Of a DNA stretch of 64,000 bases, positions 8,434 through 17,000 are shown piece by piece (position 1 is the stretch's first letter; each line of letters starts with the position of its first letter). Origin of the DNA: Candidatus Sumerlaeia bacterium (lineage in GTDB: Bacteria; Sumerlaeota; Sumerlaeia; SLMS01; JAHLLQ01); assembly GCA_028284075.1 (NCBI GenBank), contig JANQSL010000053.1, positions 4,316 through 68,315 of the forward strand, written 5' to 3'. The notes beneath the pieces were generated by a model. That model did no database searches. It was given only the letters and a program-made list of their open reading frames with translations, and was not told the DNA's origin. The position numbers and the translations under genes are program-made.

Positions 8434-11400
8434 TTATTCGCAGGGAGCGAAGGTTGTGGAACTGACTCGGACCACGCGATTGCGGAAACGGATGAACGAT
8501 ATGTTTGTCAGTGTGTCCACGCCGTCGTTTCCAACAAGATCGGTGACGGTCAGCGACCCGTCGGCATTTTGGCAAATCGAGTAGTTCTGGATGTTGCTGT
8601 AGTAGATGACCTTGTCGCGGTCGGCAACCGGGCCGCCGATCAGAGTGTCATCGCCTTCTCCGCCGATGAGCGTGTCTCGTCCTTCGCCGCCGTCAAGGAT
8701 GTCGTTCCCCTGTCCACCGGCAAGGAGGTCTCTGCCGGCATAACCAAAGACCTGGTCGTCACCCTCGTCGCCATCGAGTAACAGATCAAAACTCGCGGTG
8801 CCGTGGATAATGTCGTTACCGGCTCCGCCAAGGATGGCTGTTGCGAATCCGACTGCATCAGCACCTCCGGCGTCCAGGATGTCGTTGCCGCCAAGACCGA
8901 AAATGACGTCGCCAAGACCCGGGTTCGCGGAAGGGGTTTCGCTTGCGCTAAGAATCACGTTGTCGGTTTCGGAACCGATGATGATGTCGCCGCCTTTTGC
9001 GCGGCCGATTACGTTTTCCACTCCGGAGATGATGTCGTAGCCAAGAGAATGGCCGATGGCTTCTCCATCGACGAGGCTGACAACCACTGGCCTGGTGAGA
9101 GCCGAGTAGTCGAGGGTATCGATGCCGTCACCCGCATCGATAATGTCGTCGCCACGTTCTGACTTCGGTCCCGGATCCGGAAGGATGCGGTCATTACCGC
9201 CACTGGCGATGATTTCGTCGTCACCGGCGCCGCCAACGATGAGTTCATCGCAGGCCGTGCCGATCAGGAGGTCATCTGATTCGGTTCCGATAATATCGAG
9301 ACCGTCGCAATCGACGACTTCAGCCTTCCAGGGTGTTTCGGGGAAGGTTGAAATACCGTCCCACGCAATGGCGAGGTCGTCGAAGTAGTCAAGAGGACCC
9401 ATGGCCGTGTGGTGGAAGGGAGACTGGCCTGAGAAACCGAGCTGACGCGAAATGTCGACCTGCGTCACGATATCCGTTCCGGCCCGGAAGGTGTCGAGGG
9501 CGACTCCGAGGAGGCGGTCGCCTGTGTAGGCGGCACGATGTTCTGCGGCTCGAGCCGTGAATTCAGATATGCTGGAAGTGTAGATCTGAGGAAGTACCGC
9601 ATCGACAACACGGTTGCTCATCCATGTTGGCCAGTCCTGATAGTTGAAGTTAATGGCGTCGTCAAAGCGTCCGATGGGGAACGCAAGCAAGAGGGCGTCG
9701 GGATCGAGCCCGGTGATGGTTGAGTAGATGAGCTGCATTGCAGCGGTGTTTTGTTCACGACGGAACTGTTGCCAGTCGAGATCGAAGGGATCCGGAATTT
9801 CGGTCTTGCCCGTGAGGCGGTTGAATTCCGCGATCACGTCGGGATGGTATCCAAAGTCGCCCTCGGTCCGGTCGAAACGTGTGTCCGGGTAGCGCTGACG
9901 ATCAATGAAGATACCGTCGATGTCATAGTTCATTACGATGTCCGCGCAAATGTTGGCGTTGTAGAGGCGAACTTCAGGAAGTCCCGGGTCGAGCCAGATG
10001 CCGTCAGGATCCTCAGCGGTATTTTGAACCACGGGGTTTCCGTTGTTCCACTCGTAGGTGATCCATTCCGGATGAAGGTTGATGACGTGATTCGGGCGTG
10101 CGTCGGTATCAGCCCCGTCCGTGACAAGGTTTGTGTTCACGTAAGCAAAGACCTTCAGGCCTGCGGCGTGACCACGGGTGACGAATTCATGAAGGACGTC
10201 CACATCGCCAGCGAGAGGATTACGTGGCTCATCGTTCGGGAATGTTGCGTCGGTTTTGTTGGGGAAGTAGGTGGCGTCGCCGCGGTAACGCGTGTGGACA
10301 GCGATGGCGTTGTAACGCCTGCGGGCGGCGTCATTGACGTAGCTTTGGATTGTGCCAACGTCGTCGATACCAGGGTCAAAGACGAGGAAGACGGCGACGC
10401 GCATTTCAGGATCGTCAATCGGGGGCGGTCCGGGAAGCTCGCGGATTCGAACGGCATCCGCCAGAACCACGCGTCCCGCGGGCTCGCTTGCAGCCGCGTC
10501 CAGGGTGATGTTGAAGGGGCCGGCGTCGAGTTGATATTCACCAAGGACAACCCACGTCAGGTTATTGATGCGCTGGTCAGTGGTCGCGACGACAGTGCCG
10601 TCGGTTGTGGAGATTTCATAAGTCGCAACGGCAGCACGGTTGGAACCGGAACGATACTGAACGGCAACTTCGTAGAAGCCGCTCTCGGGAATATTGCCGG
10701 TCCACGTTGCCGTGTTCGGGAACTGTGTGGCGGCAAACTGATCGGTACCTCCATTGAAGCCAGGGGTGCCGCTGGTGGTCCAGCTGCCGGTGGTCGTGTA
10801 AACGGCGGGGCCGTCGTCATTGTCGAGGACAAGTTCGAAGGGAGGAGGTTCGACTTCGATGCCGCGGAGAACGATTGAGTCCACGGTCATGAAACTGCCA
10901 CTCCAGAGCGCGGAGTTGCTTCCCCACGTTCCACTCTCCACATCTGTTGAGAGGGCGATGAGGAGATCATCGCCAGCTGAGGCCACGAAGTTGCCCGTAA
11001 TCACCGTTTGAGTGTCGTTGGCCGTATCGTCACCGGGTGTAAGGCCAATGTAGGTGCCTGTCGTGGTCAGGCCGGGAAGGTTGCCGGCCGCGTCGCGGTG
11101 AACAGCTTCAGCTCCCGTCGCGACTCCGACCGAGTAGGCTCGAATGCCGTCCGGGTTTCCTGCGCTTTCGTCGACGTCCATGTTGATTTCGACCCGGTAG
11201 GTGCCATCGCCGGGGACAACGCCTTCATAGATGGCATAAACACCGTTGCCGAATCCGCCGTCGGTAATCCGCATTGCCGTGCTTCCGTCCAGCGTTGATG
11301 CACTTGGCGTCCCGAAGGTCGACGGTGTTGTGTCATACCAGGTGTTGAAATCCCCGCTGTTGGGGCTGTTGACGGCCACCACGCCACCGTCGAAGTTGTC

Positions 11401-12087
11401 GACGATGATTTCATCCGTGGGGGGAGGAGGTGCGACGTCTTTCAGCGTAATGTTGTCGACGAGCACAAAATTCCCGGACCACGTGGATGAACCGGCGTTC
11501 CAGCCGCCGGTCTGTACGTCGGTCCCAAGACCGATGAGAATGCTGTCACCAGCCTGTGCGCTGAATGTACCCGTCGTCAGGGTTTCAGTCGGGTTTGCGG
11601 TATCATCGCCGGCGGTAAGGCCGGAGTAGTTTGCCACGATAGAGAGCGGAGCCACGGCACTGGGATTGAGGCCGCGATGAACCGCGTCCGCTCCCACGGC
11701 CACGCCGACCTGGTATGCACTGAAGCCTGTCGGAGAACCGGACTCATCGACATCCATGTCGAGTTCGATCTGATAATCCCCGTCGGCGGGGACTACTCCG
11801 TCATAGATAATGTAAACACCATTCGTGAAACCACCGTCATCGATTCTCATCGCCGCGCTCCCCTCAAGGGTGGACGCCGATGGAGTTCCGAAGGTTGAGT
11901 TCGATGCATCATACCAGACGCCTGGTACACCAGATCCCTCAGGGTGGTTGACAGCTGTCACACCACCACTGAAGTCATCCAGCACCACGTCGGCTGAGAC
12001 AACGGACGCAACCAAGGCGAGGGTTCCGCTCACGAGGTTTCGTACGACTCTCCGTGTTGCCGCACATCGTGAAACGAAGTTCCGCAT
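8434..12087 (-). CDS. Very large secreted multidomain protein: two tandem-duplicated beta-sandwich (CBM-like) domains, a third beta domain, a GHL10/UPF0748 (YddW-like) glycoside-hydrolase-like core, and C-terminal hemolysin-type (RTX) Ca-binding repeats
   Basis: 1217 aa with a signal peptide. Two roughly 185-aa repeats share about 60% identity (GGVTAVNHPEGSG...FGTPSASTLEGSAAMRIDDGGFTNGVY vs GGVVAVNSPNSGD...FGTPSASTLDGSTAMRITDGGFGNGVY). Middle region MRVAVFLVFDPGID...KVFAYVNTNLV...DGIFIDRQRYP resembles the GHL10 TIM-barrel family. Repeated GGxGxDxx nonapeptides near the C-terminus (GGAGDDEII, GGAGNDIIHG, GGQGNDILDGGEGRDTLIGGEGDDTLIGG). Confidence 0.75.
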   Translation of the reverse strand: MRNFVSRCAATRRVVRNLVSGTLALVASVVSADVVLDDFSGGVTAVNHPEGSGVPGVWYDASNSTFGTPSASTLEGSAAMRIDDGGFTNGVYIIYDGVVPADGDYQIELDMDVDESGSPTGFSAYQVGVAVGADAVHRGLNPSAVAPLSIVANYSGLTAGDDTANPTETLTTGTFSAQAGDSILIGLGTDVQTGGWNAGSSTWSGNFVLVDNITLKDVAPPPPTDEIIVDNFDGGVVAVNSPNSGDFNTWYDTTPSTFGTPSASTLDGSTAMRITDGGFGNGVYAIYEGVVPGDGTYRVEINMDVDESAGNPDGIRAYSVGVATGAEAVHRDAAGNLPGLTTTGTYIGLTPGDDTANDTQTVITGNFVASAGDDLLIALSTDVESGTWGSNSALWSGSFMTVDSIVLRGIEVEPPPFELVLDNDDGPAVYTTTGSWTTSGTPGFNGGTDQFAATQFPNTATWTGNIPESGFYEVAVQYRSGSNRAAVATYEISTTDGTVVATTDQRINNLTWVVLGEYQLDAGPFNITLDAAASEPAGRVVLADAVRIRELPGPPPIDDPEMRVAVFLVFDPGIDDVGTIQSYVNDAARRRYNAIAVHTRYRGDATYFPNKTDATFPNDEPRNPLAGDVDVLHEFVTRGHAAGLKVFAYVNTNLVTDGADTDARPNHVINLHPEWITYEWNNGNPVVQNTAEDPDGIWLDPGLPEVRLYNANICADIVMNYDIDGIFIDRQRYPDTRFDRTEGDFGYHPDVIAEFNRLTGKTEIPDPFDLDWQQFRREQNTAAMQLIYSTITGLDPDALLLAFPIGRFDDAINFNYQDWPTWMSNRVVDAVLPQIYTSSISEFTARAAEHRAAYTGDRLLGVALDTFRAGTDIVTQVDISRQLGFSGQSPFHHTAMGPLDYFDDLAIAWDGISTFPETPWKAEVVDCDGLDIIGTESDDLLIGTACDELIVGGAGDDEIIASGGNDRILPDPGPKSERGDDIIDAGDGIDTLDYSALTRPVVVSLVDGEAIGHSLGYDIISGVENVIGRAKGGDIIIGSETDNVILSASETPSANPGLGDVIFGLGGNDILDAGGADAVGFATAILGGAGNDIIHGTASFDLLLDGDEGDDQVFGYAGRDLLAGGQGNDILDGGEGRDTLIGGEGDDTLIGGPVADRDKVIYYSNIQNYSICQNADGSLTVTDLVGNDGVDTLTNISFIRFRNRVVRVSSTTFAPCE

Positions 12088-12639
12088 GGGTTCCGTCTCC
12101 TTTGCAAAGTATATCCTGCGAGATTTACCCGCGTACTATTTTCGAAGAGAATCAGGATGGCAAGAAAATTAGTCTTAAAATGATGTCAGGTTCCCTTTAT
12201 CACAAAAAAACCCCGGGAAAGGGCATTGTTTTGAACAATTCCCTCATGCTGCGCTTTTGGAGGGGGGGGTGTTTTTATTTCCAAATACCGACGTCCGGAA
12301 TTCGCGCCGATAAATTACCTGTATATGTTGGTGATTTTTGTTAAACTAAAAATATTTGAAATATTAGATGGGCTAAAGTCTGCATCATCAGTGGGTTGAG
12401 TGATCAGTGGGTTTTTGAAAACCAGCGTTTATACCTTAATGCAAGATGCGGGTATTGGATTGCTCGTTATCAATGTGTTTGACCGGTATTTCTGTTGTGA
12501 ATAATTGATTTAAAATGAATTAGATATGTTTTGTTAATCTTTTCCGAACCCTTCTTTTGGAGCTGGTCTGTCCTTCTCTCTTGGCCTGTAGGCTGGATTG
12601 AAATTACGCTTCCGGCATCAATCAATCCAAGGATTGCAC
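12088..12639. promoter_or_regulatory. AT-rich divergent intergenic island between the giant RTX/GHL10 gene and the small Ca-repeat gene; probable shared promoter and regulatory region
   Basis: About 550 bp with GC far below the window average. Contains direct repeats ATCAGTGGGTT x2 and AATATT-tga-AATATT, a TTGACC(N17)TAATTG-like element about 130 bp upstream of the 12640 start, and a G8 homopolymer. Confidence 0.4.
12262..12269. repeat. Homopolymeric G8 tract in the intergenic region, about 175 bp upstream of the start of the 8434..12087 gene
   Basis: Sequence reads ...gcgcttttggaGGGGGGGGtgtttttatt.... Coordinates are hand-indexed and may be off by 1 nt. Confidence 0.8.
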
Positions 12640-13884
12640 ATGCGATTTCGCACTTTTTTTGTTCTCCCATTCCTGGGAATTCACTTAGGACTCCCGGCAG
12701 CCCTAACAGTCGAGTTTGTCAATAATCAGCTCACTGTTACCTCGGACACGGATTCGGATACCATTACACTGACGGAGGCGGGCGGCCAATTGCTGCTGAA
12801 CGGCGGCAATCCTGGCGGGATACCGATTACCGCAGCGGATGTCACGCGTATTGAAGTGGAGGGCGGTGAAGGAAACGACACAATTGATGTGAGTGCGCTG
12901 GATGAAACTTCAGGTTTGGTTTCCCTGTTCAACATCACTCTGAACGGCGGTTCCGGCAGTGATGAGATTACAGGTTCCGCACTTGGCAACAGCATCAGTG
13001 GAGGCCCGGGCGACGACACGCTTTCCGGGGGATCGGAAGGAGACGGTTTTTCATGGAACCGGGGTGATGGTGCGGACATGATCGATGCAGGGGGTGGGAG
13101 CGACTCGTTTGGTGCAAACGCGCTGACGGATGCCGCGCAGTTCGCGTTTCTCAAGGACGGCGGGGATGTTCTTCTACAGAGCAATGAAGGGGGCGTGGTG
13201 GAAACGAGAATTGCGGGTGTCGAGACGCTCAACCTTGGGGACGGTCCGGGCGATGACATGTTTGTCGTGGGCGACCTGGAGGGGACCGGAGTGACGCGCG
13301 TCTTGATGAACCTCGGTGAGGGGATGAACGTGGTTGATGCATCCGATCATGGAGGAGAGATTCTCTGTTCCCATATGATCAGCAGCGGATCGCTTCAATT
13401 TACAGGTGCGGCTGGTGCATTTCACACCGTTCAGATTAATAACGCTTTCACGAACGACCCACTGGAAAGATCCGTAACGAACGATTCCGGTTTTGTTCGG
13501 ATCGACACTGAGGGGCCGGATGTCAAGACAGTGCGTTGTCGTGATGTCAGTGCGGCAATCGTTCGTCTCCAGAATGGAGATGATGTTGTTACGGTTTCCG
13601 ATCTTGGTGACGATACGGGTGTGACCCGCCTGACCGTTTTTGGGGACGACGGCGATGATTCGGTGACCACTCGGCCTCAGGCGATTACGTTGCAGGACCT
13701 GCGGGGAGAGGGTGAGGATTCCGTCGATACTCTGGTGATTGATATGCAGAACATGTTCTTTGAGGATGACGGGTTCACGATTACACCGCTCGGTCAGGCG
13801 GACATTCTCTACAGTGGCTGGGAGTCGATGGATATTCAAAACCTGCCGCCCCCGGGTGATCAGTGGGCGGTTACAGGGAACTGA
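12640..13884 (+). CDS. Secreted hemolysin-type Ca-binding repeat protein (about 415 aa)
   Basis: Start taken at internal M (MRFRTFFVLPFLGIHLGLPAALT signal peptide). GGxGxD-type repeats: GGSGSDEITG, GGPGDDTLSGG, GGGSDSFG. Asp/Gly-rich throughout. Confidence 0.6.
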   Translation: MRFRTFFVLPFLGIHLGLPAALTVEFVNNQLTVTSDTDSDTITLTEAGGQLLLNGGNPGGIPITAADVTRIEVEGGEGNDTIDVSALDETSGLVSLFNITLNGGSGSDEITGSALGNSISGGPGDDTLSGGSEGDGFSWNRGDGADMIDAGGGSDSFGANALTDAAQFAFLKDGGDVLLQSNEGGVVETRIAGVETLNLGDGPGDDMFVVGDLEGTGVTRVLMNLGEGMNVVDASDHGGEILCSHMISSGSLQFTGAAGAFHTVQINNAFTNDPLERSVTNDSGFVRIDTEGPDVKTVRCRDVSAAIVRLQNGDDVVTVSDLGDDTGVTRLTVFGDDGDDSVTTRPQAITLQDLRGEGEDSVDTLVIDMQNMFFEDDGFTITPLGQADILYSGWESMDIQNLPPPGDQWAVTGN

Positions 13885-14087
13885 GGCCGGGGGAGGGAGA
13901 CGATGGGCTGGCGGAGAACGGGATTGGGAGCCATTCAATTAGGCCTTGCCGCGGATCACTCCAGCTGTGATCGTGCGGGGTCTGGTCTTAATCGGCAAGT
14001 CGCAACGGTCGTCGAGAGATGGTTTGTGGTGTCTGATGCCTTCTCCCCGCAAGGGTGGGAGGCACAGTGTCACACAGGAGGCGGTTG

Positions 14088-17000
14088 ATGATGCAGCGGC
14101 GTCGTTTCGTTTTTTTTCTTCTGGTTTTGGTCTCGGGATTTGCGGGTGTTGGTCATGCGGACTCAATCCGCATGAAAAACGGCAACTTTGTGGAGGGTCG
14201 CATTGTTGAGGAGGACGATGAGAGAATCATCATCGATACGGGCGGAGTCAAACTGACGATTCGGCAGGATGAGATTGAGCGTCTGGAACGCAACATCCCC
14301 GTTCAGTTTCTTCAGAACAACGCAGAGAAGGGTTTGAATCGAGCGGCGTCGCTGATGGAGATGGGGCGGAGTGAGGAAGCACGTCTTCTGTTGGATGGCA
14401 TATTACTCGAGTTCGACAAGGTTGAAGAACAGTACAAAGGTGAAGATGCGTTTCCGCAGACGCTTGAAGATCTTCGGTCTCGCATGAGGCAGTTGCAGCG
14501 CAGCGCTTTGCCGCCGGATCCGTCAATGGAGCAGGCGGAACGGCTCTTCGAGCAGGCTCTCGATGAAATCGATCACATTCGTTATGAGGAGGCGTTTCCC
14601 CTTCTGGAGCAGGCTGTGGCTCTGGTGCCGGGCCGGTCTGACATTCGACTGCGGCTGGCGGAGACCGCGGAACGGACGGATCGGCCGCGCGTGGCGATTG
14701 AAGCGTATCAGAAGATCGTCAGGGACCAGCCGAATGTATACTACGAGCAGGTTTCCCTTCAATTGCTGAAGCTTCTGGAGGCTCGCGCCGAGCAACTGAT
14801 GAAAGAACGGAGGATGAGTGCTGCGGTGGCAGCTTATCGCGAAATCCTTCTGTTGAAGGGGGAAAAAGAGGACGATGCGGCGGACTTGACGGAGTACCTG
14901 GCACGGAAGACGAGGCAGGAGGCCCAGCCGGAAGACGAAGTGTTTATGGAGGTTTATCGATACGCGGATTCGAATGACCTTGTGGACCTCGCCTTTGCCG
15001 CTGTCACGAAGGCGGCCGACTTGAGGCCGGACGACCATGAGATTCAGTCGCTCCGAAAACAAACGGGCTTTCTTGCACAACTCAAGGAGTACGTTGAAGA
15101 CGGCAATCTGGAAGCCGCAGTGGAGGTTATGCGCGACGCGCGGGAGGAGTTGCAGGATACCACAGACTTCGCGGAGAAAGCTCAGCGGGTCACAGAGGGA
15201 ATCGAACGAGCGTTGGATGCAGAGCGACTGATTGCAGAAGCGCAGGAAGCGTTCGACAAGGAGGATTACAGTCATGCGGCGGAACTGGCGGAACGGGTGG
15301 CGACGGACTATTCCGAACTTGCTTCGGCGGAGCAGGCGCGAGCCCTGCTTTCAAACATCGAGTTTGAGAAGCCGATGAAGGAGGGACTTGCGGAGGGAAT
15401 CGCGCATATTGAGGAGCGGAGATACGAGGAGGCTGAAAGAGTTTTGGAAGGCCTGAAGGAGAGACCGGGTTTTGACGGAAGCCGATATCGCCCGGAAATT
15501 GAAAGTCTGTTGCGAAGTGTTCCGGACGAGCGGGAAGCGAGTCGTCTCTATGACCTGGCGGGAGTTCTAATCGAGCGTGAGGCGTTCCAGGAAGCAATGA
15601 GGGAGTTGGAAGCTCTGGTGTCACGTTATCCCGATACGGCCGCGGGTGACAAGGCGCAGAGGTGGCTGACGAAGTACCGCTCGCGAATCACCATGGATGC
15701 GCTGAAGACGCGGCAACTCGACTCGAACTCGTTTCTGGCGTTCGCCGATCCGTCGCTTTGGCGCGCTACGGAGCATGGGGGATCGTTGCAAACCCGGAAG
15801 GTGTCACCTGTTCCAGGGGAAGCAAAAACGGAAGCGTGGAACAAGTTCAACGAATTACACGAGCTGGACGGGTTGAGTCATCAGGAGGAACGACTGAGTT
15901 TGCTGGTCGTTCTGGGCCTGCCCGTACTTGTAGTCCTCGGTCTGGTTGGAGTGGGGGCCTGGAAACTGATCGCGCCGGGCCGTGGCAGATTGCCGCATGA
16001 GGCCGTAAATTCGGAGGAACTCACCGAGTGTGGTATCTGTGGTGTACCCATGAAGGAGGGAGAGCTGGTTTGCCCGAATTGCGGAGAGTCCGTGGGTGAG
16101 GATGAAATCACGGATGAGCGGCGGACTTCAAGTATCAAAAAGGCGAACTTCGACCCGTGGGATATTCGGGTCCGCGATGCCAGCGCCAACGAGTTTGAAT
16201 CACACTTTCAAAAGGCAAAGGATCTTGCTGAAACCAACGACACGGAAGCGGCAATTGAAGCCTGCAGGCTTGCTTTGCACGAAGATCCGCTTCGGAAGAA
16301 TGCTTACAGCCTGCTTGCGGATTTATATGAACGGGTGAACAGGCGCGAGGAGGCGGCAAAGTGTTACCGGGAGATCCTCCTGATCGATCCGGCGGACGTG
16401 GAAACAAGGCGGAAAATCGAGGCGACACTGAGCCTGACGGACAAACCTCTGGAAATGATACGCGTGATTACAGGTGTGAGCGTGACTCTCTGGCTTGTGG
16501 TTTACCTGGTTGCCGTCGGTATCGACCCGGGAGGGTGGTTTGTTCGCTTCGGCCTGATGCTCATTGGCACGGCGATCACGATCTTCGGCTGGGTGTTTGT
16601 GCAGAAGCGTCACCGTCCGCTTGTTCACGCCCACCAGAGGCCGGAAATTCGAGGCCATCGTCCTCTGCCGGAGTCACGGTTGTCTTTCAGAGATCAACAC
16701 CGGCAGGCAAAACACATTGCCGAAGGTATTAAAGTTCATACGGGGATCGATGTGCCCGTGCTGTCACCAACCCGAGTGGTTGCGGTTGCTGTCTTGAGCA
16801 TTGTGTTCTTTGGTGCCCTGCTGTATGTTGCCTGGTTGAATAACACGTGGTTCCTGATGGCGATATGGCCGGTCGTGACGGTTCTGTTGTACTTCCTCCT
16901 GGAAGTATTCCCCCGGGCGCAGACGGCTCATGCTCTCCTTCGACACTTCTATGAGGAAACACTGTCACCATGGGTCGATCCGCATCGGCCATTCAATCCG

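Noticed and set aside
9751-10878. 375-aa plus-strand ORF, plus several 60-130 aa ORFs on both strands between 8569 and 11900
   Set aside because: All lie inside and antisense or out of frame to the 1217-aa secreted protein gene. They are Ala/Gly/Arg/Pro-rich low-complexity translations typical of GC-rich antisense frames.
12054-12344. 96-aa plus-strand ORF in the AT-rich island
   Set aside because: It spans the G8 and A7 homopolymers and AT-rich sequence and overlaps the start of the 8434..12087 gene on the other strand. Its composition is non-protein-like. It is more likely regulatory DNA.
8434-13884. Type I secretion (RTX toxin) locus
   Set aside because: RTX-type GGxGxD repeats are present in two proteins, but both have N-terminal Sec signal peptides. 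No ABC exporter, membrane-fusion protein or TolC gene is nearby, so I do not call a T1SS system.
13174-13938. 254-aa minus-strand ORF
   Set aside because: It is antisense to the Ca-repeat protein gene 12640..13884, with no motif or coding-like amino-acid composition.
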